The position numbers were made by a program, and so were the translations under genes. A stretch of DNA of 63,896 nt, counting the filler. It is 11 parts of 11 records of this genome, joined end to end, with 100 filler letters (N's around TTAATTAATTAA, not from the genome) between each part and the next. Parts side by side here need not be neighbours in the genome. Positions count along the whole stretch, not along the records: positions 1 to 3,578 come from SRR7504441_1956; positions 3,679 to 10,310 come from SRR7504441_1967; positions 10,411 to 14,002 come from SRR7504441_1969; 8 more parts are not named here. One strand, given 5' to 3'. Below are positions 1 through 11,033 of this stretch, in pieces; the stretch's first letter is position 1; every line of letters starts with the position of its first letter. The notes beneath the pieces were generated by a model that was not told the DNA's origin, made no database searches, and saw nothing but the letters and a program-made list of their open reading frames with translations.

Positions 1-1399
1 CTTGTCTACCAGCCCCTGACAGACAAGGCAAGACGTTTTCACTGAAAGCGCTCTCTGAATCTCGCGGCAGCCAACCAGAACTGTCCCGTTCAGCCGCGCA
101 AACGCCGCGTGGTCCTCGTCGTACTTTGCACAAGGCGTAGTCAAATGCTGACACAGACTGCAGTTCCACAGCGCGCCGCCGTCTGCTGAGGTGTGTGACG
201 CAAACTGAAGACACCACGAGCACCAACCCTGCAGAGTGGAGCCATGCACTAATTTGACACCCCATCGGGTGGTGCTCCCAGTGCAACCAGCGCACAGCTC
301 GTCGTCCCATCCAGTGTACCCACGCGCCATCCCAAAGGCATCATTTTGTGCCAGTGGCACACACGTGCGGCAAGGGACCGACCGGCCGCCACAGCCGGAG
401 CAAGAGTAGATGCTCCGAGAGAGAAATCCAGGCTCCTTGAGTTTGTGGATCCGGCGCTCAAAGCACCAGCTGCAGTAGGCGAAGACCGACTCAGTGTGCT
501 GCACTGCTTGTCGGTTCAGTTGCTCTTCCCAGGGCGCGAGCATTCGCTCGACTTCCAGTGCCCAGTCGACAGAGATGATCAGCTGTATGAACCCGTTGCT
601 GGTCAGGTTGTGATGCCACAATGCATGCTCCCCGTGCCACATGGACACCCCGCACAGCGAGAGCACCGGGATCACAGTAGCCCCGAAGAACGCGTCCCCA
701 CTCACCCCTGAAGTCGTCCCATACACGTGCAGCTTGAGCTGCTCGCTCACGTGCACGTTCTCGATGACAATCGTCTCCCCAAATTGGTTGGCTCCGCCGA
801 GTTCGCTCTGCCATGGCGGCGAAGCTGTCGAGTTGAGCGAGGTCGAGCCGGACCGCACGACACAGTAGATTTGGAGAGGCGGCTCGGCGGCTGAAATCTC
901 GTGAACGCTCAAGATCTGGACCTGGACGGTACATCGGGTAGGCATCGGGGTTTGTTCGCTCCCGAGAGCAATCCAATGCCGCCAACGCATCATCCGCCAC
1001 TGGGTGGTGGCCTCCGTAAGCCACTGCTCGCACTCGGGCGAGGGATCGAACTGGATGCATAGCTCATGTAGCGGCGACGGAGGGCAGTCGCACATGAGGA
1101 CTGTGGCGTGGCAAGTCTGGTCGTGAAGCACCTCTACGCATTGCTCACACAGCCGCTGGGGCGCTCTGGCAAATCCAAACTGTGCTGGGAGCTGCTCTGA
1201 ATGGCTTGTACACTCATGACAAAACAGCTGGCCACACAGACGGCAGTGGTGCCGTCTGATGAACATAGTGAACTCGGCGCCGCAGCCAAAGCAGTGCAAA
1301 CTTGACGAGTCTAGTACCCATTCCGGCGGGGACAGCTCCCGCCGGCCCTCCTTGGCCGTGACCTCCTGGTGCACGGCGATGGTATTCAGGTGCTTGAGG
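1..1399 (-). CDS. FYVE + C2-like + Cys-rich repeat protein (3'-partial; 5' exons probably extend towards ~2250 but are unresolved)
   Basis: Manual minus-strand translation is open from ~1399 to the contig edge, so it is absent from the ORF track. It reads PPEWVLDSSSLHCFGCGAEFTMFIRRHHCRLCGQLFCHECT...RLCEQC (FYVE WxxD and RRHHCR motifs, ~1320-1125), then a C2-like beta segment, then two CSWC...CxxC repeats. Confidence 0.8.
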
Positions 1400-2325
1400 T
1401 CAATCCTGCCCCTCCAGTGATCCAAAGCAGACCCACCGGCCGTGCCTAGCTCCGTCCAGCGCACTGCTTCCCTCACAGGAGAACTCTAAAACCCCCCCAG
1501 CCAGCCCCATCCCCACAGGCAGCTGCTTCCCGCTCCGCGCCGTCACCAGCTGCGCACCCCCCAGCCGCACACACGCCTCACTGCCGCATGGATCGCGCCG
1601 GCACCCACCCGCCCGCGCACCGTGCCCACGGCCCCTCGTCCCGCACACGCCGGCACTCCAGAATGTGCCGCTCCTTGACTGCCCCCGGCTGAGCCGCGGC
1701 GGGCCCGGCCGGCACATTCGCTGAACTGGTCCTGGTCCAGCCCAAAGCCGCGCATGAACTGTTCAAACCCGACCGGCCCGTCCAAGCTAACCTGCGCGCT
1801 CTCCGTCGCCCGGCCCCGGCCCGGGCACACCGCCCCCATGGACACGGCCGCGGCCGGATCCAGCCGGCCCGACAGCAGCTGCATCAGGTTGCCTGTGCCC
1901 AGCGCTGGGCCGGCCGGCCGGCAGCGGAGCACCCCGTGTGGTGATGACCGTGCACCCGTACACCGCGCCCGCGATCGGCTCCGGGAGAACCTCGGGCACC
2001 CGCCCCGGCTCGACCTGCCGGCGGTGCGCGCGCGGCGGGCCGGGGGCACCCGGATCCAACGGACCATCCGCCCGCCACTGGACGTCCGGACCACCAGCCG
2101 CAGCCCGGTCGGGCCGGCGTGCCGCGAGGGCCCGGCCGCCAGGAAGGCGAGCCCCGCCGACACCTGCGCCCGACTGGCGCCGCGCCCGGCCGGGGACGGG
2201 TGCCTCGTCCCGCTGCCGCGCCTCCGCCCACGAGACCCCGCACACCGCGCCCATCGGACTTGCGCAGTGCAATGCTCGCCTGGACCCGAAGGGCTGGGCC
2301 AGCTGCGCCACGAAATCAGGCTGAG

Positions 2326-3393
2326 ATGCCGGTCAGAGCTGGTTTGGTCCTCGCGCTGGCCTGCGGGCTGGCCTGCGCAGCCTCTTCCGGGCCAGTCAAA
2401 CTGATCATCGACACGGACATCGGCGGGGGCGGCTGCAACGACGTGGACGACGTGGTCGCCATCAGCGTGGGCCACGCGCTCACGGACAACGGCGAGGCCG
2501 AGCTGCTGGCAGTAGTGGTCAACACTGCGCCAGTCCGTTGCCCCGGCGCGGTGAGCGTGCTCAACCAGTACTACGGCCGGGGGGCGCTCCCGGTGGGCGC
2601 CTACGACATTTTAACAAATAACGCCACGCTGGTCACCCAGCCGCCACTCGAATACGTCAACCTCCTCACCGACAGCTACCCTTCTCCGATCAAGAACCGC
2701 TCACAGGCCGAGGAGGCGGTCGGGCTGTACCGGCGCGTGCTGTCGGGGCAGCCCGACAGGTCTGTGGTCATCTCGTCGATCGGAATCCACACAAACCTGG
2801 CGGCGTTGCTCAAGTCCCAGCCCGACGCAAACAGCCCGCTCAACGGACAGCAATTAGTGGCCGCCAAGGTGCGTCTGCTGGCAGTCATGGGCGGCGGCTA
2901 CCCGCGCGGCCGGGAGTGCAACTTGATGGGCGGCGGGGACCAAGGGTTTGGGCTGCATAACCACTACGTGGCCGCGGCCGCATCGTCCTACGTGGCCTCG
3001 CACTGGCCGACTAACTCGCGGATCATATGGAGCGGTATGGAGGTGGGCCTGAGGGTCCAGAGCGGCGGCGCCAACTACCAGAAGTGCCGTGCGGCCAACG
3101 GTTCGCCGATCCGGGCCGCAATGGTGAGCTATGAGGGAGCGCCTAACAAGAGCCGATTCTCCTGGGATCCTCTCACGACCCTGATTGCCGTGCGCGGGGC
3201 CGCAGCAGGCAGCTGCTCCGAGACGGGCGGCCCGGCCGGAGCGAACGTGGTGGATCCTAGCTCTGGGGCCAACCATTGGATGGCGAGTGGAAGTCCTCGG
3301 GCAGGCAACCAGACGTACTTGGTGTTGCATGATGCTCGGGCGGCCGGCGATGCGCTCGACCAGCTGCTGTGCCAGGGGCCAAAGAAGCGCTGA
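2326..3393 (+). CDS. Secreted inosine/uridine-preferring nucleoside hydrolase family protein
   Basis: Signal peptide MPVRAGLVLALACGLACAA, then KLIIDTDIGGGGCNDVDDVVA (Asp-rich Ca2+-binding motif), SIGIHTNLAALL, VMGG and SWDPLT. Intronless; ATG at 2326 lies inside ORF 2119-3393. Confidence 0.85.
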   Translation: MPVRAGLVLALACGLACAASSGPVKLIIDTDIGGGGCNDVDDVVAISVGHALTDNGEAELLAVVVNTAPVRCPGAVSVLNQYYGRGALPVGAYDILTNNATLVTQPPLEYVNLLTDSYPSPIKNRSQAEEAVGLYRRVLSGQPDRSVVISSIGIHTNLAALLKSQPDANSPLNGQQLVAAKVRLLAVMGGGYPRGRECNLMGGGDQGFGLHNHYVAAAASSYVASHWPTNSRIIWSGMEVGLRVQSGGANYQKCRAANGSPIRAAMVSYEGAPNKSRFSWDPLTTLIAVRGAAAGSCSETGGPAGANVVDPSSGANHWMASGSPRAGNQTYLVLHDARAAGDALDQLLCQGPKKR

Positions 3394-3578
3394 CGGCTGA
3401 GCACAAATGTGATGCGATAGCAGTGCTGCCGTCGTGTTGGGACTCTATGATGAGAGCTCCGACACCATCCCACTAGAGCTAAATATTGTATACCCACTCT
3501 ATAGGGTACTAAGTACTACATGTAGGTGTAGGGAAGCACTAGAGGTCTATAGCTGTGCAATAATTAAACTGATCGCGA

Positions 3579-3678
3579 NNNNNNNNNNNNNNNNNNNNNN
3601 NNNNNNNNNNNNNNNNNNNNNNTTAATTAATTAANNNNNNNNNNNNNNNNNNNNNNNNNNNNNNNNNNNNNNNNNNNN
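3579..3678. other. Artificial contig spacer (first of 10)
   Basis: 44 N + TTAATTAATTAA (stops in all frames) + 44 N. Identical spacers occur at 10311-10410, 14003-14102, 26067-26166, 32432-32531, 41200-41299, 47285-47384, 50780-50879, 54174-54273 and 60772-60871. Confidence 0.99.
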
Positions 3679-3882
3679 CTATGGCTGGGGCTCCGCGAGT
3701 ACTAAGATAGAATTATCCATAAGATTGGGTAAGTACCAATAGAATGCTGCATATCGGATATCGTACTTAAGATCATCGGGCTGGCCACCAAAACGCCAAT
3801 TGTCGACTTTCTAATCTTTTATTAATCAACTAAATGATCCAGTCGCATCCACGCTCTCTTGATATTACGTTTCTATTCAATA

Positions 3883-6800
3883 TTAACCCGCGTCAGCGAC
3901 GCACCGAAAGCCGATAGTACCACACCGCTCGAAAGAGTCGTCCATCAGAAAGTACTTACCGTGCTCCAATAGACTGCTAGGACGAGGATAGTAAAAGGTC
4001 GAGTAACTCGACCTGTCGTAGTTGCATGCTCCTTGGGTGATGACCGAGGAGGTGTGCTCATCGCTAAACCGACTCGTGAAATGGTAGACTGACCCGTATA
4101 CATCCGAAACATTGAAGCGCGAAGATCCATTTGGGAAGAGACCGACATCGACAGGACCAGGTATGGTGTCACCTAACCATCTGCTTTGTGTCCCGTTTGC
4201 GAAGTAGAGATAGTTCGGGCGAGGGTAGCGGGATGGGTCGTCTAATGCTCCCCAGGGGAACGCGAGCCCTCCTGGATGGCCCCCTTGCCCCCCAAGCGCA
4301 GCATACTGGTATTCATAAGCCTCAGGCAGGCGCTTGCCATAGTGCTGACAGAACGCTCTCGCCTCGTCAAAACTGATGTACGTGACAGGCTTATTGTCAT
4401 ATTCGTGGGGAAACTCCGGGATAGAACCAGCGCTCTGGGGCGCAGTCAAAACATGCTGCCGGGGGTTCGACCGAGCCGCACTATGATTCCAGTTCTTCAG
4501 CCAGTTGAAAGGATCGTGGGGAACGTACCCGGAGTCTTGGAGGTACTCCTGATACTGCGAGCACGTCACTGGGAAGATGTCGATTAGCAATCCATGCCCA
4601 AAGTGACCCGCAATAGTCATGTTGTGCGCATGCTCTCGACTCGGGGCAGGCTCCCACGGGAACTGCACGTCCACGCCATGTTGGTCGTCACCCTCCTTCT
4701 CCACTCCGCGAGTGACAAACTGGAACAAGCCTGGAGGAGCGTACGCCATGCCCTCAGGAGGCGGGTTGAAGCCAGTCGGGGCTGTGGCGTTGTGATGGAT
4801 TATTTGCTGCGGCTGGACCTTCCACTCGGACGAGAAGGAAGACAGCGGCTGAGCAGTAAGGGTGGCCATCTGACGCAGGAAAGTCCCCAGGGCAGTTTGG
4901 TTGATAGCTGGTTTCTGTATGGAGAGCCGCAGCAGGCACCCGAACCCGCTGGCCTCCATTTCAAAGCTCAAGGTGTGCTTCCCATTCGCACTGGGCTGAG
5001 GTTTGAGGGTCGTGCCGTGGTAGCAATCGTGGTACCTGAATTGTGATACTTCATCAGCGACTTCAAGCTGCGGCCCCTGGAGCGTAGCCTGCCGATCTCG
5101 ATTGATGAAAGTCCAAGCCGCGTTTCCATTGCTCAGCGGGAACATGCTAGCAAATGCCACTCCGCTCTGCACTACTGGCACGTAAGGGATCCAGCCCACG
5201 TTGGCGAAAAATCCATACTGCCCTCCTAGAAATCGCAACATTGTGGACAGGCGCCTGATAGCCTCGCCGTCTCGAGGCACAATCTGGTTGTACACAGACC
5301 ACACCTGCCATAGGTGTTAGTAGCCGCCTCTGCCAGAACTCACGTTTTCCCATGACTCAAAGCCGTCGCCGTTGATCCAGGCGGCTTGCAGATCATCCGT
5401 GTGGTTCTTTGCCCAGCGATTGCACACGTGAGTCATCCGCCTGCCGTCGAGCCATTTCCATTTGTCCACCATCAGGTTGCGCGGGTAGCTGCTGCCGGGC
5501 CCATTGCTGCCTCCAGCCTGGTTGCCATTGTAGGCTACGCCTCCAGTCAGCTCAAACCAATAGCCCCAGCCGATGGTCATCCAATTGAAGTTGGAACTGA
5601 CATGAAATGCTTCGGGTTCCATCGCAATCGTCTGATTGTGGCGCACCAGCGAAGCATTCAGGTAGTCTACCGGAATGCCTCCCATTGTATCACCAAAAAA
5701 GCCATCAAAGTCTGTGCCAGCTATGGTGTCAGCAAGCTCGTCAGCAGTCCACAGCCGCCACTCGAGAGCGCGAGAATGATGCGTACCGCCGTCCCACGGA
5801 TTGAATGGCCACATTGCCTTGACGCCCCGCGCATGCAGCTGGTCGCCAATAGTCTTGAGCTGGCTGATACCTCCAGGCAGCGAGGCGATCATGTCAAACT
5901 GATTCCGATCGTCCACTCCAAGCTGCGGGTAGGTCGGCCACACTAATACCGAGTCGATGCCTCCGTACCTCTCGTTGAGGTCGTCGAGGTACCGGTCCAC
6001 AGTGTAGCTGTGCGTCTTTTGGTTGTAGAAATAAAGATCAAACGGGTGCATCTGCGGCTGAACATAGCTGGTCTGAGTCCACTTGAGGCTCTCCACCTCA
6101 TAAATCGCGCCCGTGTAGTTGATGGCTCTCCGGCACTCGTCTCTCCACTGCTGCAGCTCGGCCAGCCAGGCGGCGTGCGTCTCTGGGCTGCCGTTGGCAG
6201 GTGGTAAAATCAACTCTTGGTAGTGGGCGTTTTTCACATTAAACGACAACGACTCGGGCAGCTCGCACGGATCTGCGGGTGGCGGCGGTGGGGTGGCCCG
6301 CTCCAATCGCTTATATTGCCACCGCATGACCTGCCCTGGGCGGATGGTGGCGTTGAGCAGCCCATGAGTGGGCAGCGACGCGCCTATATGCACCACCCAC
6401 CCAGACAGGCTCGTATCAAACACCCCATCGATCGCCTGCACGAACGGGATCGTGTGGTTGGCCACCCAGGTGTACTGCACAGACACGTTCACCGGCCGGG
6501 CCCGCATGGCCGCCAGCACCACCGACCAACTGTCCATGCACGGGCGGTGCGGGCAGCTCAGGCTCGGGTCGGGCACAAACGGCACTGGGATCCGCTTCGG
6601 ATGCACCCCGCCCCCGCTGGTGGTCAGCCACACCTGCTGCTGGCCCGGGCTGGCTCCGTTGTTGATGGCTCGGAAGGCGTCGGTGCCCGGGCTGCTGCAG
6701 GGCGCCAGCGTCACCTCATGCTCGGTGCCCTCCGGGTCGGCACACAGGCCCGCGCACGAAGGGAAGGCGATGCGCGGGGCGCTAAAGACGGCGCACTCGG

Positions 6801-7053
6801 TCGGTTGTGCGAACTCCCGGAGGCGCAGCGAGGCGCCGGGCTGGCAGCGCTCGGGCGCAATGCAGCGCGTCCCGTTGACGATCAGCCCGGCGCGCTGAAT
6901 CTGCCAGGAGCCTGGGAGCGGCTCGCTGTCGCCCATCTGCACCAGGCAGCCGGCCGCGGTGCACGAGGCGAGCAACGACCTGTCGCCGGTCGAGAGCACC
7001 GCCCCGTCAGCCGCTGCCCAGAGTGCCGGGAGCAGCCACAACAACAGCGCCAT
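3883..7053 (-). CDS. Secreted protein with a glycoside-hydrolase-like central domain and a C-terminal FGE-sulfatase (SUMF1-like) domain
   Basis: Two exons joined by a 39-nt GT-AG intron (5343-5305). Signal peptide MALLLWLLPALWAAA; YTVDRYLDDLNERYGGIDSVLVWPTYPQLGVDDRNQFD; FGE-fold motifs PVTYISFDEARAFC..GKRLPEAYEYQYAA and GTIGFRC. Confidence 0.75.
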
Positions 7054-7080
7054 AGCTCAAACTGAAAGTCCGTTGTCCAG

Positions 7081-7212
7081 GGCTTCGGCGGCAGGGAGGG
7101 ACCCCCACGGTGGGCTGAGCTGGCTGGTGCTGGCGGTCAGCATGGGGCTCGGCGGCGCCTCGCAGGGAGGGGTCCCCACGGTGGGCTGGCTGAGCTGGCT
7201 GGTGCTGGCGGT
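7081..7212 (+). repeat. Imperfect ~60-bp tandem duplication around the LRR gene start
   Basis: gcagggaggg..ccccacggtgggctg(gctg)agctggctggtgctggcggt occurs at ~7091-7137 and ~7162-7212. Confidence 0.8.
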
Positions 7213-10150
7213 GGTGCGCGGCTGCAGCGACTCACCCCTGTACAACTGCACCGAGCTGACGACGCGGTGCGCCTGCGACGACTTCTGCCTGGGCGACTAC
7301 CGACACAGCGTGCGGAGTGCCTGCCCGGGCACCTGCGGGCTGTGCGCGCTGCCCACCGGCGGACCGAGCGACGAGGCCGAGCGAGCGGCGCTGGTGGCGC
7401 TCTACCGGGCGACTGGCGGGGAGCAGTGGACGCACAAGGACGGCTGGCTCAATCGGAGCACCCGGCACTGTCTTTGGTTTGGAGTGAACTGTGACGCGGT
7501 CGGCGCAGTGGCCAACTTGGAGCTCTGGGGGAACGATCTGCGCGGCTCGGTGAGCTCGGAGCTGAGTCCACTTACCCGGCTGGCTCGGCTCTGGCTGCGC
7601 AGCAATTTGCTGAGTGGGACGGTGTCTAGTGAGCTCGCCAGCTTGACCAGCCTTCAAGTGATTGGGCTGATGATTAACAGCCTGAGCGGCACGGTGGGCG
7701 GACCGTTGGCCAGCCTTACGGGGCTGACTGAGATTGGATTGTACGCCAATAGCCTGAGTGGGACAGTGGCCCGGGAGCTGACCAGCCTCACGAACCTCAC
7801 TGTGCTCGGGCTGAGTAGCAACCGGCTAAGTGGCACAGTGGCTGAAGAGCTGGCCAGCCTCACTAGACTGACTAGACTCTGGCTGGACCACAACCAGCTG
7901 AGTGGGACGGTGACCGTGGAGCTCGCCGGTCTTACGCGGCTTGTCCAGCTGGCGCTCGATGCGAACAGCCTGAGTGGGACTGTTGCCCTAGAGCTGACCA
8001 GCCTCACAAGCCTCGCTGGACTCGGACTGAGCGCCAATCGGCTGAGCGGGACGGTAGGCGTAGAGCTATTCAGCCTCACCCAACTCACTCAACTTGCCAT
8101 GGATAAGAATGACCTGAGCGGGACTTTGCCACCAAAGCTGACTCAGCTCACTAGCCTGTTCGAGCTCGACATTGACAACAACTACTTGTCGGGCGAGCTG
8201 CCCGCGCTGCCTGGTACACTCCGCCAGCTCCTGCTGCACAAGAACAGGTTGTCGGGCTCTTTGCCACCTTTAACCAAGCTGACAAGACTAGCAGCATTTA
8301 CCTTGTTCAGCAATAGCTTCCGAGGCCGCCTTCGCCTGCCGGACGACGCCCCGGAACTCCAGGTGCTAGTTGCTCATCGTAATCGGCTCTCTTGCCCTGT
8401 TGAGTACAACGCGAGCTCATACAAACTCGGTGACCATGGGCAGCTCTACCAGCATGGGGCGCTGATTGCACCAGGAAACCGCCTCAGCAACACTCGCAAA
8501 CCTGATTGGGCCACAATGAGCCGAGTGCACTTTGAATGGGTCCCTCGCAGTTTTTGGAGCGAGTGGCGTATCGAAATCTGCGTTTCCACAGCTGCAGTGC
8601 TGGTTTCAGCATGGATCATCGGTACAGTCCTTAGGGGAGAGTGGTGCAGCTTCTTTGTCTTCCGACCTCAGGGCGTGTACGAGCAGTACAGCTGGCTCTG
8701 CTTGCGGCTGCTGCTGGCACTTTGTCCCTTTGGCATCTGTCTGGCGCTGGCTTATGCCACAGGCGCGGGCGAGTTTGAGTGCGGCCAAGCCTGGCTCTCA
8801 GCAACCTTGGCTTATCTGAGTGGCCATCCGAGTTCAGAGCTAGCCGCAGCCGTGCTGGTTTGCTGTGGGGTGGCAGCACAAAGCTTTGCTATCTTTGTCA
8901 TCCGTGGCTGGGGGCACGAGGACAACACCGAGGAAGCCCCGGATCTTGTGGTAGGAGTGCCACGACGAAGGTGGCTGGCTATTGGTTTGATTTGGCCAGT
9001 CGCTGTGCTGCTGCTTTCAGTACCCAGTTTTCTTGCAATAATGGCAAAATCAGTGCCAGGAGGGCAAAACACCCTCGGGCTATCGCAATCAGCCCTGAAT
9101 ACGGTCGGATTTCTCACGAGCCCTGTGCTATCCTTCATAGACCAGGTTTTGGTTCCTTACAGTGCCCGAGCACTTGCAGACCGACACGCCCGCCACATGG
9201 TCGTGTTTATGATGCTTGCAGCACGGTGTGTGATTTTGCTTGCGGTGCCTTTTTGGACCGCGCTGGCCCTGGGGTCGGATTGCTACAGCCTGTGGGTGGA
9301 GTACTGGGAGCCGTGCCGCGATCCCGCAAATTTCAACATGCAGTACACCGTTGGTGGCTACAGTGAGGAGATCAGTGGTGTTCACTACACGTACAAAGCA
9401 GTGACCACAACTGTGCTACAGCACCCCGAGGTGTGCACAGTCCAGGCTCCTACGACTGGTCGATGTGCCAGATTCGCGCTCGAGAGCCTGGCAGAGCTGA
9501 TCGTGGGCAAGCTAAGCTTCAACATATTTGTGAGCCCAGCGGTCACTTTATTCCTTAGCCTGTCGTGGGTGGTGTCGGCACGGAGGTGGGTAATGCGGAC
9601 AGTGTTCCGCCAAGGTGGGTATGAGCGCACCATAGACTTGGATATTGAAGTCGTGCTGGTCTCAATGCTTCTGCACGAGGTGCTGGTGCTCGGCATTGCG
9701 GTGCCTGTGGTTATTCCAATGGGTTGCCTAGTCATTGCTGGTAGGCTCGCCGTGGTGCATCTCGTGAAGAGCAAGATGGGTGCAGAGTTTGCACACCACC
9801 ACAAAATTAATGCGCTGCCAAGTTCGGGGTACTTGTGTGTGTCACTCCTGCTTGGATGTGCGTTACTGCTGTGGTTCTTTGTGAGCAACGTAGAGCTCGT
9901 GCGAGGTTCAATCATAGTCTACGCTGGAATGCCGATCGGGCTGCTCTTGGGAGGCGTGTGCGGCTGGGCTTGGCAGCGGCGGTACAATGCTCAGTCGGGA
10001 GGGACTGAGGTCTCTGTGCTGCTCGCGGAGCTTGAGGACGCGTCGACTAGGCGAGCTACATACGCCACGAGTGACGACGGGAATCTGCATGAATACACAT
10101 TGTGGGAGGCTGGAGATGGCGACTTGGACTTGAAGAGACGGACATTCTAG
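7142..10150 (+). CDS. ShKT-like + LRR ectodomain multi-pass membrane receptor-like protein
   Basis: Hydrophobic N-terminus, then CSDSPLYNC...CPGTCGLC (ShK-like), an LRRNT cap ERAALVALYRATGGEQW..GWL..HCLWFGVNC, 13 plant-type LRRs of mostly 24 aa (LxLxxNxLSG), then many hydrophobic segments. Intronless. Confidence 0.85.
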   Translation: MGLGGASQGGVPTVGWLSWLVLAVVRGCSDSPLYNCTELTTRCACDDFCLGDYRHSVRSACPGTCGLCALPTGGPSDEAERAALVALYRATGGEQWTHKDGWLNRSTRHCLWFGVNCDAVGAVANLELWGNDLRGSVSSELSPLTRLARLWLRSNLLSGTVSSELASLTSLQVIGLMINSLSGTVGGPLASLTGLTEIGLYANSLSGTVARELTSLTNLTVLGLSSNRLSGTVAEELASLTRLTRLWLDHNQLSGTVTVELAGLTRLVQLALDANSLSGTVALELTSLTSLAGLGLSANRLSGTVGVELFSLTQLTQLAMDKNDLSGTLPPKLTQLTSLFELDIDNNYLSGELPALPGTLRQLLLHKNRLSGSLPPLTKLTRLAAFTLFSNSFRGRLRLPDDAPELQVLVAHRNRLSCPVEYNASSYKLGDHGQLYQHGALIAPGNRLSNTRKPDWATMSRVHFEWVPRSFWSEWRIEICVSTAAVLVSAWIIGTVLRGEWCSFFVFRPQGVYEQYSWLCLRLLLALCPFGICLALAYATGAGEFECGQAWLSATLAYLSGHPSSELAAAVLVCCGVAAQSFAIFVIRGWGHEDNTEEAPDLVVGVPRRRWLAIGLIWPVAVLLLSVPSFLAIMAKSVPGGQNTLGLSQSALNTVGFLTSPVLSFIDQVLVPYSARALADRHARHMVVFMMLAARCVILLAVPFWTALALGSDCYSLWVEYWEPCRDPANFNMQYTVGGYSEEISGVHYTYKAVTTTVLQHPEVCTVQAPTTGRCARFALESLAELIVGKLSFNIFVSPAVTLFLSLSWVVSARRWVMRTVFRQGGYERTIDLDIEVVLVSMLLHEVLVLGIAVPVVIPMGCLVIAGRLAVVHLVKSKMGAEFAHHHKINALPSSGYLCVSLLLGCALLLWFFVSNVELVRGSIIVYAGMPIGLLLGGVCGWAWQRRYNAQSGGTEVSVLLAELEDASTRRATYATSDDGNLHEYTLWEAGDGDLDLKRRTF

Positions 10151-10495
10151 ATCATGCGCTTGCAAGCCGGTGCCGGGCGGGATCCCAACTTAATCGCAAT
10201 CGGACGGGATCCAAATGTTCACGAATGATTAATACAAGTAATTACTTGATATGATACAATGTGTAATATCAAATTTCTATCGTACATAATACACACTTTG
10301 CCACATAGCCNNNNNNNNNNNNNNNNNNNNNNNNNNNNNNNNNNNNNNNNNNNNTTAATTAATTAANNNNNNNNNNNNNNNNNNNNNNNNNNNNNNNNNN
10401 NNNNNNNNNNTGCGTGCTATGCTACACGCCTGTCCTATTACTATACATGAGCCGAGCTATAACTAATAACTTTACTCGGCACGGCTGCGCTGTCC

Positions 10496-10957
10496 CTATC
10501 TCTGTGATGACATCATCATATCCACGAGCTCCTCGTAATCGATAAACCCGTTTCCAGCATCGTCCGCCTGTGCTAGCACCCTTATCGCCTCGTTCACCGC
10601 GTGCGGGTCCGGGTGGCTGGCCAGAAGATTATCCTCCAGCGCTTTGAGCGACGCGCAGCCCGCCGGCACGTCTGCCCCCCCGAACGTTTTGATCGCGGCC
10701 TTGACCTCGTCGGGCGAGAACTTGGGCTGGCACGAGCTCGACATCACCTGCACAAATTCGTCGAACCCGATCTCGCCCGAGCCGTCGGCGTCGATCTCGG
10801 CCACCATGGCATCCAGCTGGCTGTCGCTGATGTTCAGTCCGAGCAGCCGCATCAGCCGGCGTATCTCGTCCTTGCCGATCTCACCCGAGCCGTCCTCGTC
10901 CACCAGGTTGAACATCTCCCGGAACTCGGCCTCCTGCTCCGGCCCGATCTCCGGCAT
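10496..10957 (-). CDS. Calmodulin-like EF-hand protein
   Basis: EFREMFNLVDEDGSGEIGKDE, DADGSGEIGFDE and ADDAGNGFIDYEE; EF3 is degenerate. Confidence 0.9.
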   Translation of the reverse strand: MPEIGPEQEAEFREMFNLVDEDGSGEIGKDEIRRLMRLLGLNISDSQLDAMVAEIDADGSGEIGFDEFVQVMSSSCQPKFSPDEVKAAIKTFGGADVPAGCASLKALEDNLLASHPDPHAVNEAIRVLAQADDAGNGFIDYEELVDMMMSSQR

Positions 10958-11033
10958 CTTCCGCTACCCCTGCTGCTGGTCCATGCTCAGAACTACCGGC
11001 TTCGCCTAATAATAAAATAGATATTCTTTTTGT

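Noticed and set aside
7515-8400. CRISPR-like periodic repeats
   Set aside because: The 72-nt period corresponds to coding LRR units; there is no constant repeat with unique spacers and no cas gene.
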